Assembly (NCBI GenBank): GCA_022820485.1
Contig: JAJEFJ010000099.1
Coordinates: 34,942 to 98,941 of the forward strand
Direction of reading: 5' to 3'
DNA: 64,000 bases
Source: Candidatus Latescibacterota bacterium
GTDB lineage: Bacteria > Latescibacterota > UBA2968 > UBA8231
The notes beneath the pieces are model-generated. The model ran no database searches. It was not told the DNA's origin and saw only the letters and a program-made list of their open reading frames with translations. The number at the start of each line of letters is the position of its first letter. Positions within the stretch are counted from its first letter, which is position 1. A program made the position numbers and the translations under genes. Below are positions 47,167 to 56,195 of this stretch, piece after piece.

Positions 47167-48488
47167 TGCGTTCCTCCTTGGTTTTCAGCGCGATAAGCTG
47201 CGGCCAAAAGCGACACGGGGTGGACGACGTCCACGGCGGCTTGTGCGCGGCGGACGCCGTATTGGAGTTGGATGGCGCAGCCCGTGTTGCCCGTGGCCAC
47301 TGCGGTCGCACCGGTCGCGCACACGTGCACCATCTTGCGGTCGAGTAGCTGCATGGACAGCTCGGGTTGGGTGATGTTGTAGATGCCGGCGCTGCTGCAG
47401 CACCAGTCGGCCTCTGCTAGTGGCACAAGTTCCAGATTGGGCACGGCTTGGAGCACCTCTTGTGGGGCCGCGGAAACCCGCTGCCCGTGCTTGAGGTGGC
47501 ACGACTCGTGGTAGGCGACCTGTTGTGCGGGCATTGCGGCACGGGGTTGGCGCAAGCCGATGTCAGCGAGCCATTCGTGGACGTCTTTTACTTTTGCGCT
47601 CCACGCGGCGGCTCGTTCTGCGTAAGTGGGATCGTCGACTAGCAAGCGGTCGTAGTGTTTGCAGTGTAAGCCGCAGCCGCCGGCGTTGACGACGATGGCG
47701 GCTAGGTTTTCAGCGTCAAAGGCGTCGATGTTGAGCCGCGCCTGCTGCTGCGCTTGTTCGACCGCGCCGTTGTGCGCGTGCAGGGAGCCGCAACACGCCT
47801 GGGCTTCCGGCAGCAGCACATGACAACCGTTGTGCTGTAAGACGCATATGGTGTCGGCGTTTACCTCGGCAAAGGATATGTCTTGGACGCAGCCGGCCAA
47901 CAGCGCGACTCGGTAGCGCGGTGTGGGCGGATTGGACTGCTGCAAATCTCGGCGATACAACTGGTTGGTAAAGCGCGGAGAAATCTGCGGTGCTAGGGGC
48001 TCCAGTTTCCCCAAGCCAAAGGGCAGCAGTCTGAGGAGGCCGCTGCGGCGCGCCAGTGCTTGCAGGCCGCTGCGCTGGAATGCGCGCAACAAGCGCGCCA
48101 CGGCCCGCAGGCGCGTCTGTTTGGCAAAGAGCCAGCCGAGGATCCAACGGCGGACAAAATTTCGCACTGCGCCGTCGAGCAAGCCCTGCCGCTCCACTTC
48201 GGCGCGGGCGTTTTCAAATAGCGCGGCGTAATCCACGCCAGCCGGACACGCGGTCTGGCAGGCGAGGCAGCCGAGGCAGAAGTACATTTCTTCGGCAAAG
48301 GTCGTACTGGCCTCTAGCTCGCCATCGGCTATGGCTCGCATCATGGCGATCCGTCCCCTCGGCGACGAGCGCTCGTGCAGGGTCGCGTCGTACGTCGGGC
48401 AGGTCGGCAGACACATGCCGCAGTGCATGCACTGCTGGAGGACCGAGTAATCCAAGTCTTGGAGCAAGTTCAGGCCGTCGTCGCTCAA
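47148..48488 (-). CDS. glcF: Fe-S subunit of a glycolate/D-lactate oxidase (GlcF-like)
   Basis: 446 aa. CMHCGMCLPTCPTY and CLGCLACQTACPAGV are 4Fe-4S motifs. CCG-type Cys-rich repeats lie C-terminally. Confidence 0.8.
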   Translation of the reverse strand: MSDDGLNLLQDLDYSVLQQCMHCGMCLPTCPTYDATLHERSSPRGRIAMMRAIADGELEASTTFAEEMYFCLGCLACQTACPAGVDYAALFENARAEVERQGLLDGAVRNFVRRWILGWLFAKQTRLRAVARLLRAFQRSGLQALARRSGLLRLLPFGLGKLEPLAPQISPRFTNQLYRRDLQQSNPPTPRYRVALLAGCVQDISFAEVNADTICVLQHNGCHVLLPEAQACCGSLHAHNGAVEQAQQQARLNIDAFDAENLAAIVVNAGGCGLHCKHYDRLLVDDPTYAERAAAWSAKVKDVHEWLADIGLRQPRAAMPAQQVAYHESCHLKHGQRVSAAPQEVLQAVPNLELVPLAEADWCCSSAGIYNITQPELSMQLLDRKMVHVCATGATAVATGNTGCAIQLQYGVRRAQAAVDVVHPVSLLAAAYRAENQGGTQCSTLA

Positions 48489-49864
48489 TCGAACATGTTC
48501 CCTCGGTTTAGGATGCCCTTGGGGTCGAAGGCGGTCTTGACCCGCTTGAGAATTTCCAGCCCCACCGGCCCGAGTTGCCTAGGCAAGTAAGGTTTTTTGG
48601 CCAAGCCGACCCCGTGCTCGCCCGTGATGGTCCCACCTAATTCCACGGCGTGGGCAAAAACCTCGGCCATGGCCTTTTCGACGCGGGCCATTTCCTCGGC
48701 GTCGCGCTCGTCGCACAGGAAGGTGGGGTGCAGGTTGCCGTCGCCAAAGTGGCCGAAGGTCCCTACCCGCACTTGGTGCCGCTGGCCGACTTCTTGCACG
48801 TAGGCGACCATGGCCGCTAGCTCGCTGCGCGGCACGGTGATGTCCTCCAGCACGACTGTCGGTGCCAGTCGCGCCAGCGCGCTAAAGGCCGTGCGTCGGG
48901 CTGCGGCGAGTTGCTGAGCCTCTGCGTCCGAGGCGGCTAGCCGCACCGAGCGGGCGCCGCCCTCGCGGGCAATGGCCTCGATCTGGGCGGCCTGCTCGGA
49001 GACCTGCGCGGGGTGCCCATCGACTTCCATTAACAGCACGGCCTCGCAATCCGTCGGTAGGCCGATGTTGGCGTGGGCCTCTACGCACTCGATGGTAGTG
49101 TGGTCGAGGAATTCGAGGGTGCAAGGGATGATTTTTTGCGCGATAATCGCCGAGACTGTGGCCGCGGCCTGCGTCATCTCGTCGTAGAGGCCGAGCAAGG
49201 TCTTTTTACTTGCAGGTGCTGGAACCAGTTTCAGCGCGATTTTGGTAATGACGCCGAGCATTCCCTCGGAGCCGATGAAGAGGTCCTTGAGCGTGAATCC
49301 GGCCACGTCCTTGACGCATTTGTTGCCGGTCTCCAAGACCTGCCCGTCGGCTAAGACCACTTCCAGCCCCATCACGTAGTCGCGCGTCACGCCGTATTTT
49401 AACCCGCGCAGCCCCCCGGAATTGTTGGCGACATTGCCGCCGATAGTCGAGATCTTAATTGAGCCGGGATCTGGGGGATAGAACAGGCCGGCGGATTGGG
49501 CCGCGTCGGCGATCTGCTGGGTGAGGACTCCCGGCTGGACGACCATGACTAGGTTGGCCGCGTCTAGCTCTAGAATTTGGTTGAGTCGGACCAAACAGAG
49601 TGCGACTCCTCCTTGCGAGGGAACCGATCCTCCGGCTAACCCCGTGCCCGAGCCGCGCGGAACCACGGGTACTCCGCGCTGGTTGCACAGGGCCAAGAGT
49701 TGGGCGACCTCCTCCCGACTTTCCGGTAACGCCACGCAAGCGGGGCGTTGGTGCAGCAGGGCGGTTCCGTCGAAGGCATAGACGCTGCAATCCTCGGCGG
49801 AAGTCAAAAGCTGATCCTCGCGCAAGAAGGTGCCGAGATCGCTTATCAGGGCGGCATGATCCAT
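48485..49864 (-). CDS. glcD: FAD-linked oxidase subunit (GlcD-like)
   Basis: 459 aa. VVPRGSGTGLAGGSVP, GGNVANNSGG, and C-terminal GEHGVGLAK. 4-nt overlap with glcF. Confidence 0.85.
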   Translation of the reverse strand: MDHAALISDLGTFLREDQLLTSAEDCSVYAFDGTALLHQRPACVALPESREEVAQLLALCNQRGVPVVPRGSGTGLAGGSVPSQGGVALCLVRLNQILELDAANLVMVVQPGVLTQQIADAAQSAGLFYPPDPGSIKISTIGGNVANNSGGLRGLKYGVTRDYVMGLEVVLADGQVLETGNKCVKDVAGFTLKDLFIGSEGMLGVITKIALKLVPAPASKKTLLGLYDEMTQAAATVSAIIAQKIIPCTLEFLDHTTIECVEAHANIGLPTDCEAVLLMEVDGHPAQVSEQAAQIEAIAREGGARSVRLAASDAEAQQLAAARRTAFSALARLAPTVVLEDITVPRSELAAMVAYVQEVGQRHQVRVGTFGHFGDGNLHPTFLCDERDAEEMARVEKAMAEVFAHAVELGGTITGEHGVGLAKKPYLPRQLGPVGLEILKRVKTAFDPKGILNRGNMFD

Positions 49865-49878
49865 CGCGGTGCGCCCTC

Positions 49879-50670
49879 TTACGCACTTGGATGCCGCAGT
49901 CGCTGCAACTCGTCGGGCAGGTGCTCGGTGCGGTTGAGATATCTGATAACCGTGGTGCCGCCGGGCGCGAGCGCGACGCGGGTAATCGCCGTGTTCTCGT
50001 GCTCGTAATAGGAGCCGTCGTCCGGTGCTTGGTTACCCAAGGCCGAAAGCAACAGGCTCATAAAGCCGCCGTGGGTCACGAAGCCGATGCGCGTATTCTC
50101 CCCCGCCCGCGCTCGCAAGTCTGCGGCTACGCCGATAGCGCGGTGCTGGGCTTGCTGCTCCGTTTCCTTGCCCGCGTCCCACCATCCGTCTTCGCCGACT
50201 TCCGCCGATGGGATGCTAGTGGGAAAACGCGCGGCAATCTCCGCTCGCGTCAGGCCGGGATAGCCAACGGTTCCCCGCTCGCCGCCGTGGTCGAGGAAAA
50301 TGCCGCCCATCTCGTGAATAGCTACCCAGATCTCCGACTTCGATTCCATTGCCTGTTCGATCGCTTGCCCCGTGTGTAGGGTGCGGATCATTGGACTGCA
50401 ATAAAGCTGGTCAAAAAAGGGCCGATCCTCTGCGCGCTCGGTCGGGGCGAGGTGCAACCCCTCCGCTAGATATGCAGCTACCCGCTCGGCCTGTACTCGG
50501 CCTTTAGCGGTCAATTCGGGATCGGCGACGCGCTGGCTGACATCGGTCAGCGCGTTATTGGTGGACTCGCCGTGGCGGATCAGAAATAGGTCCATAGCCT
50601 CCTCAAAAGTGATATGGTTATCGAGGGCGTTGTTGGTGGACTCGCCGTGGCGGATCAGAAACAGGTCCAT
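49879..50670 (-). CDS. Histidine-phosphatase (phosphoglycerate-mutase-family) protein; the 5' end is duplicated, alternative start at 50595
   Basis: MDLFLIRHGESTNNAL occurs twice, 25 codons apart. The RHGE catalytic motif is present. Confidence 0.75.
   Translation of the reverse strand: MDLFLIRHGESTNNALDNHITFEEAMDLFLIRHGESTNNALTDVSQRVADPELTAKGRVQAERVAAYLAEGLHLAPTERAEDRPFFDQLYCSPMIRTLHTGQAIEQAMESKSEIWVAIHEMGGIFLDHGGERGTVGYPGLTRAEIAARFPTSIPSAEVGEDGWWDAGKETEQQAQHRAIGVAADLRARAGENTRIGFVTHGGFMSLLLSALGNQAPDDGSYYEHENTAITRVALAPGGTTVIRYLNRTEHLPDELQRLRHPSA
50552..50670. repeat. Direct duplication of the 44-bp gene start, 75 bp apart
   Basis: 50552..50595 and 50627..50670 differ at 2 of 44 positions by eye. 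Confidence 0.9.
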
Positions 50671-50739
50671 GGCATTCTTGACAGTAGTATGGATAGTGGT
50701 TAGTGGTTAATGACCACCTACTACCGAACCACCAACGTT

Positions 50740-52227
50740 ATGGATATTAAAGTAATTCAAGGAGCTATTCAAAAACAGGACGCGGATGTCCTCGTGGTCA
50801 ATCTCTTTGCCGGAGCGCGCCCTGGCGGGGCTACGGGTGCGGTTGACCAAGCCCTCGGCGACCAAATCTCGGCGGCGATTGACTTGGGCGACTTCGAGGG
50901 CAAGGTTGGTCAGACCTTGCTGCTGTACACGCACGGCCAGATTCCAGCGCCGCGCGTGCTCGTCGTCGGCTTGGGCGAGCAGGAGGGCTTTGACCTCGAA
51001 CGGGCGCGCCGCGCCGCTGGTACAGCTATCGGCACCCTCGGCCGCTTAGGTACCAAGAGCGCGGCCACCATCTTGCACGGTACGGGCGCGGGCAACTTGC
51101 CCGTCGAGCCGGCCGCGCAAGCTGTAGCCGAAGCCTCGCTGTTGGCGGCCTATCGCTTTGACGAGTACCGCTCGCGCCCCCAATCGCAGTCGCTGACCAA
51201 GCTACACATCGTAGAGTTCGACTCGACTAAGCTCAGAGAGGCGCGGCGCGGAGTTCGCCGGGGCCGCGCGCTCGGCGAGGCCACCTGTCTCGCTCGCGAT
51301 TTGGTCAATCACCCCGGCGGCGAAGTGACGCCGGCCTACTTGGCCCGCGCGGCCCGCCGCCTAGCCAAAACCCACGATCTGCGCTGCCGAGTCTTCAGCG
51401 CAAAGGGCTTGGCCGAACTAGGCATGGGTGCCTTAGTGGCCGTTGGCCAGGGCAGCGCCAACAATCCGCGTTTTATCGTCCTTGAACACGGCCCTCGCCG
51501 AGGGAAACCGCTGGTGTTTGTCGGCAAGGGCATCACCTTCGATAGCGGTGGTCTCTCGCTCAAGAGTGTCGAAGGCATCCGCACGATGAAGGCCGACATG
51601 TCCGGTGCCGCGGCCGTCTTGGGCGCGATGCAGGCAGTGGCTGCGCTCGGTCTCAAGCGGCGGGTTGTTGGCCTGATCGCCGCTGCTGAGAACATGCCCT
51701 CCAGCACCGCCTTCCGCCCCGACGACGTGCTGCGCACCCTCGCGGGCAAGACCATTGAGATCGTCAGTACGGACGCCGAAGGACGCCTCGTCTTGGCCGA
51801 TGCCCTCGCCTATGCGACCCGGTACGAGCCGGCCGCGGTCGTCGATCTGGCGACCCTTACCGGCGCTTGTGTAACTGCGCTGGGGCACCACGCTTCAGGC
51901 TTGTTTGCCAACGACGACGATTTGGCGGATCGGTTGCTCGCCGCTGGAGAGCAGACTGGCGAGCGGCTCTGGCGTCTGCCGCTGTGGCCCGAGTATCGCG
52001 AGCAGATTGACAGCGACATCGCCGATATGAAAAACTCGGGCGGGCGGCCAGCGGGTGCCAGTACGGCTGCGGCGCTGTTGGCCGAATTCGCCGACTATTC
52101 TTGGGCGCACCTCGACATTGCCGGCACTGCTTGGTGTACAAAGGCCAAACCCTACGTGCCGCGAGGCGGCGTCGGCGTCGGCGTGCGCTTGTTGACCCAA
52201 CTTGCCCTCGATTGGAGCTCATCATGA
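50740..52227 (+). CDS. pepA: Leucyl aminopeptidase (M17)
   Basis: MDIKVIQGAI... start (the track ORF begins at 50710). VGKGITFDSGGLSLK, NTDAEGRL-like STDAEGRLVLADAL, and ATLTGA. Confidence 0.9.
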   Translation: MDIKVIQGAIQKQDADVLVVNLFAGARPGGATGAVDQALGDQISAAIDLGDFEGKVGQTLLLYTHGQIPAPRVLVVGLGEQEGFDLERARRAAGTAIGTLGRLGTKSAATILHGTGAGNLPVEPAAQAVAEASLLAAYRFDEYRSRPQSQSLTKLHIVEFDSTKLREARRGVRRGRALGEATCLARDLVNHPGGEVTPAYLARAARRLAKTHDLRCRVFSAKGLAELGMGALVAVGQGSANNPRFIVLEHGPRRGKPLVFVGKGITFDSGGLSLKSVEGIRTMKADMSGAAAVLGAMQAVAALGLKRRVVGLIAAAENMPSSTAFRPDDVLRTLAGKTIEIVSTDAEGRLVLADALAYATRYEPAAVVDLATLTGACVTALGHHASGLFANDDDLADRLLAAGEQTGERLWRLPLWPEYREQIDSDIADMKNSGGRPAGASTAAALLAEFADYSWAHLDIAGTAWCTKAKPYVPRGGVGVGVRLLTQLALDWSSS

Positions 52228-53216
52228 CTATTCGCACGATCCACGTAGGAGCGGGCGGCCGCGGCCGCTGGCCCCTGAACCGCTTCCGCGACCGCACCGA
52301 CTTTGAGGCCGTCGCCTTAGTCGATGTTAACGTAGAGAACCTCGCCACGGCGCGGGAGACTACCGGCCTAGGCGAGGCGGCGTGTTTTTCTACGCCGGCC
52401 GATGCCCTGCAAGCCGTTGACGCGGACGCCGTGGTGGTCATTACGCCACCCGACCTGCACGCTGGCCAGTGCTTGGAAGCGGTCCGCGCTGGCAAGCACG
52501 TACTGGTGGAAAAGCCTTTCACCAAAGACCTCAGCCAAGCGCGGCAAATCGTCGCCGAGGCGACCGAACGCGGCCTCAAGGTCGCCGTCACCCAAAACGC
52601 CCGCTACTATCCGCCGGTCTTAACCATCCGTCGCCTGCTGCAAAGCGGGGAATTGGGCCATCCTTCCTTTGGCTTGATGACCAAATACGGCTGGCGTCCA
52701 CGAGTGCATCATTCGGGCGCGGACCGGCACGCCTATTTGTGGGAGCGCGGCATCCACGACTTCGACCAATTGCGCCACTTGCTCGACTCCGAGCCGCGAC
52801 GGCTGTTCTGCCACAGCTTCAACCCGCCTTGGAGTCCGTACAGTGGCGGCGCGGCCATCGACGGCTGGATCGAGTTCCACAACGGCACCACGTTCAATTT
52901 TCAGTGTACCTTTGCTACCCATAAAGGCGGCTCAAGCTGGCGGCTGGATTGCGAGAAGGGCACGGTCGAAGAGGTCTCCGGCGGCTTGGCGCTCCGGCGG
53001 CCTGGGGCCGATGAAGACGAGATCATACCGATGGACGAAAATCCCCATCCCGAGGAAGTCCTCTTAGACGGCTTCCGCGAATACGTGCTCAACGACGTGG
53101 AGCCGTCTTTCTCCGGCCCGCGCAATTTGGCTACTGTGGGCCTGATCAACGCCTTGGGAGCCTCGTCAGAGCAAGGCGTTGTGATCGACTTTGACGAGTA
53201 CATGGCCGCCGAATAG
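52224..53216 (+). CDS. Gfo/Idh/MocA-family oxidoreductase
   Basis: ATG at 52224 forms an ATGA overlap with the pepA stop. IHVGAGGRGRW and HVLVEKPF are the motifs. Confidence 0.8.
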   Translation: MTIRTIHVGAGGRGRWPLNRFRDRTDFEAVALVDVNVENLATARETTGLGEAACFSTPADALQAVDADAVVVITPPDLHAGQCLEAVRAGKHVLVEKPFTKDLSQARQIVAEATERGLKVAVTQNARYYPPVLTIRRLLQSGELGHPSFGLMTKYGWRPRVHHSGADRHAYLWERGIHDFDQLRHLLDSEPRRLFCHSFNPPWSPYSGGAAIDGWIEFHNGTTFNFQCTFATHKGGSSWRLDCEKGTVEEVSGGLALRRPGADEDEIIPMDENPHPEEVLLDGFREYVLNDVEPSFSGPRNLATVGLINALGASSEQGVVIDFDEYMAAE

Positions 53217-53309
53217 AGGACGGGACGTGTAGGCATATTCATTGCCAAGGGGGTGTGTGAGGACGCCGACGGTAGAGGATGTGCTCGACAAATTTCGAGG
53301 GAATAGACC

Positions 53310-54407
53310 ATGAGAAACAGGCTTGATGCGATAACTCTCAAAGGGTTCAAAACCATTCGAGAGCTGAAGGATTTCAAGCCTCGTCCCTTGACTGTGCTGA
53401 TTGGACCCAACGGTGCTGGCAAGTCCAATTTTATCTCTTTTTTTCGCATGATGAGAAGGGCGTTGGAAGACCAGAATAGTCTTCAGTTTTATGTAAGTCA
53501 GCAAGGCGGTGCTAGTACCTTGTTGCACGATGGCCCGGACGAGACCCAAGAGATTGAAGCAGCACTGACGATTCAGACAGATGCTGGCGAAAATCAGTAC
53601 GCGTTTCGGCTGGTTTTTGCGGCAGGAGATATCTTGGTTTTCGTGGACGAGCACTACATGATTCCTGATAGAGGTCATGGTTGGTCATCATCGAAAGATA
53701 TCGGACATCGCGCTCCACAAATCCTTGAGCAAGCTGGCCAAGAAGAGTCTGCTCGTGTTGTTCTGGATCTCCTACAAAAAATCGTCGTCTATCAATTCCA
53801 CAACACATCGGACACCGCTCGCATACGCAGGAAATGGGGTACATACGACAACCGCTGGTTGAAGGCGGACGCTGCCAATATTGCGCCCTTTCTGCTTCGC
53901 TTGAAGGAAGATGACAACAGGTGCTATCAGCGGATTGTAGATACTATTCGGTTAATCCTGCCTTTTTTTTCTGATTTCGTGCTGGAGCCACGACACGAAC
54001 ATCTCCTTCTGAACTGGCGCGAGCGAAATAGTGATCAGGTATACAGTGTGTCGCAGGCGTCGGATGGCATGTTGCGGGTCTTATCGCTTGTTACCCTTCT
54101 CCTTCAGCCAGAACGGGATTTGCCGGACGTTTTGATTCTCGACGAACCGGAACTTGGATTGCACCCCTATGCTATTAACGTCGTCGGCGGTTTGATAAGC
54201 GCTGCATCGACCAAGGTCCAGGTCATCGTCGCTACGCAATCCACGGCGCTGGTCGATTGCTTTGAGCCAGAGGATATTGTCGTCGTTGAGCGCGAGGGTC
54301 GCAGCTCTACTTTCAGGCAGCTAAACGCCGAAGACCTCAAAGAATGGCTTGAAGACTATTCGCTTTCCGAGTTGTGGGAAAAGAACGTGCTCGGAGGGCG
54401 ACCGTAG
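53310..54407 (+). CDS. ABC-type (AAA_21-like) ATPase
   Basis: 365 aa. LIGPNGAGKSNF (Walker A), SDGMLRVLSL (signature-like), and VLILDEPELGLHP (Walker B). Confidence 0.8.
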   Translation: MRNRLDAITLKGFKTIRELKDFKPRPLTVLIGPNGAGKSNFISFFRMMRRALEDQNSLQFYVSQQGGASTLLHDGPDETQEIEAALTIQTDAGENQYAFRLVFAAGDILVFVDEHYMIPDRGHGWSSSKDIGHRAPQILEQAGQEESARVVLDLLQKIVVYQFHNTSDTARIRRKWGTYDNRWLKADAANIAPFLLRLKEDDNRCYQRIVDTIRLILPFFSDFVLEPRHEHLLLNWRERNSDQVYSVSQASDGMLRVLSLVTLLLQPERDLPDVLILDEPELGLHPYAINVVGGLISAASTKVQVIVATQSTALVDCFEPEDIVVVEREGRSSTFRQLNAEDLKEWLEDYSLSELWEKNVLGGRP

Positions 54408-55158
54408 TGGGCATCAGACTGAATTTCATCGTTGAGGGGCAGACCGAAGAAGCGTTTGTAAAACAGATATTAAGTCCGTATCTAGCGGGGTTTGAGGTCT
54501 GGGCGCAGGTTCGCTGTGTCCTAACGAGCCGGAGTCGCAACATTAAATATCGTGGGGGTATTGATAGTTATGGGAAGGCCAAGAATGATATCAATGCTTG
54601 GATAAAAGAAGATCGGAATTCGGACGTGCGTTTCACAACTATAGCGACCGCAAAACAAATCCTGAGTTTTTGACTCCTATAAAACGTGAGAATCCGTTTT
54701 GCGGTCGCTATATGTTCGATGTGTACGGTCTGCCGACGAATTTTCCCGGCCACAAAGACGCGAAGCAGAGATTCGACCCCTACGGACGGGTCAAGGTACT
54801 GGAGGACGCTCTGAGAGAAGACATTTCTGATCGGCGATTTATCCCGCATTTTCAGCTTCACGAATTCGAGGCATTATTGCTGTCCGATCCTCAGAAACTC
54901 GATTCGCAGTTTGATAACAGCACTGGAATACGACAACTTGTCAATATGGTCGCCGGTTTTGACTCGCCGGAGCTCATTAACGACGGAAATAACACTGCCC
55001 CTTCAAAACGAATTATCGACGAAATACCGGAATACGAAAGAATGAAACCATCCGCGGCTCCTATTGTTGCGGAGAAGATCGGATTGCCTACGTTGCGATT
55101 GAAATGTAAACATTTCGGCGAATGGCTTTGTAGGCTGGAGACGCTGAATAAGGAGTGA
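54407..55158 (+). pseudogene. DUF4276-family protein gene interrupted by a 71-bp insertion
   Basis: GTG at 54407 overlaps the ATPase stop (TAGTG). Track ORFs 54374..54673 and 54598..55158 are in different frames. Removing 54641..54711 restores ...NSDVRFTT|MFDVYGLPTNFPG..., the expected continuous DUF4276 sequence. Confidence 0.7.
54642..54710. mobile_element. 69-bp MITE-like element with 15-bp perfect terminal inverted repeats and a TA target duplication
   Basis: tagcgaccgcaaaac (54642..54656) pairs with gttttgcggtcgcta (54696..54710). It is flanked by TA at 54640..54641 and 54711..54712. Confidence 0.65.
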
Positions 55159-56195
55159 ACGCAATAATGCCAATGGACGAACAAACCGCCCGCAGCCTGC
55201 ACCAAGACTCCTTGGTCATTGATTCGCACAACGACAGCATCGTCGCCCTGATCCGTCGGGGCATGTCCATCGACGGCGCACAGCGCGCTGACTTTCACCA
55301 GCGCGACGGGGCTGTTGCTTATTTGCGCCAGTACCAGTCGCCGGACGATGGCGTTCAGCTCGACTTGCTCAAGGCGCGCGAGGGCGGGCTGGACGCGGCG
55401 TTTTTCGCCGTTGATTGCACCCGCCCGTGGGGCAACCACTTGCTCTACTGCATGGACGCCTTGGGCCATTTTTTGCAGGAGGTGGAAGAACACAGCGGGG
55501 ACATTGCCATTGCGCGTTGCGCGGCGGACATTGAGCGCGCCCGTGCCGAGAGTCGCCTAGCGGCCATACTGGCAGTGGAAAACAGCGATGCACTGGAGAA
55601 AAGCCCTCACATCCTGCCGCTGCTCTACCAGTTGGGCGTCCGCGCCATGACCCTCACCCACAGCACCCGCTCTTGGGCCGGAGATGGCTGCGAGGTCGCA
55701 GGAGGTGGCGGCCTGACCGGCTTTGGCCGCCAGCTACTGGCGCAGATGAACGAGCTAGGCGTGGTCGTCGATGTCTCCCATCTCAACGAGGCGGGCTTTT
55801 GGGACGTAGCCCAAGCGGCCCAAGCTCCCTTCATGGCTACCCATAGCTGCTGCCGCGCCCTCTGCGACCACCCGCGCAACCTCCGCGACGAGCAGCTACG
55901 CACGCTCGCCGAAAAGGGCGGGGTCGTGGCCATCACCTTTGTCCCGGACTTTATCGACGCGCACAACCCCACCTTCGACGGCCTGATCGACCACATTGAA
56001 CACGCGGTCGCCGTCGCTGGCATCGACCACGTCGGCTTGGGCTCGGATTTTGACGGTGGCGGCTTGCTGTTGGAAGACGCGACCTGTCTCCCGGACATTG
56101 CGGTGGGCTTGGCCAAACGCGGCTATGCCGAGGCCGATGTCCGCAAAATTCTCGGCGCGAACCAACTGCGGTTCTTGCAACAGGTCATCGGCTGA
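55155..56195 (+). CDS. Membrane-dipeptidase-family (M19) peptidase
   Basis: 346 aa. LVIDSHNDS, LTHSTRSWAGDG, VVDVSHLN, and GLGSDFDG. Confidence 0.8.
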   Translation: MNAIMPMDEQTARSLHQDSLVIDSHNDSIVALIRRGMSIDGAQRADFHQRDGAVAYLRQYQSPDDGVQLDLLKAREGGLDAAFFAVDCTRPWGNHLLYCMDALGHFLQEVEEHSGDIAIARCAADIERARAESRLAAILAVENSDALEKSPHILPLLYQLGVRAMTLTHSTRSWAGDGCEVAGGGGLTGFGRQLLAQMNELGVVVDVSHLNEAGFWDVAQAAQAPFMATHSCCRALCDHPRNLRDEQLRTLAEKGGVVAITFVPDFIDAHNPTFDGLIDHIEHAVAVAGIDHVGLGSDFDGGGLLLEDATCLPDIAVGLAKRGYAEADVRKILGANQLRFLQQVIG

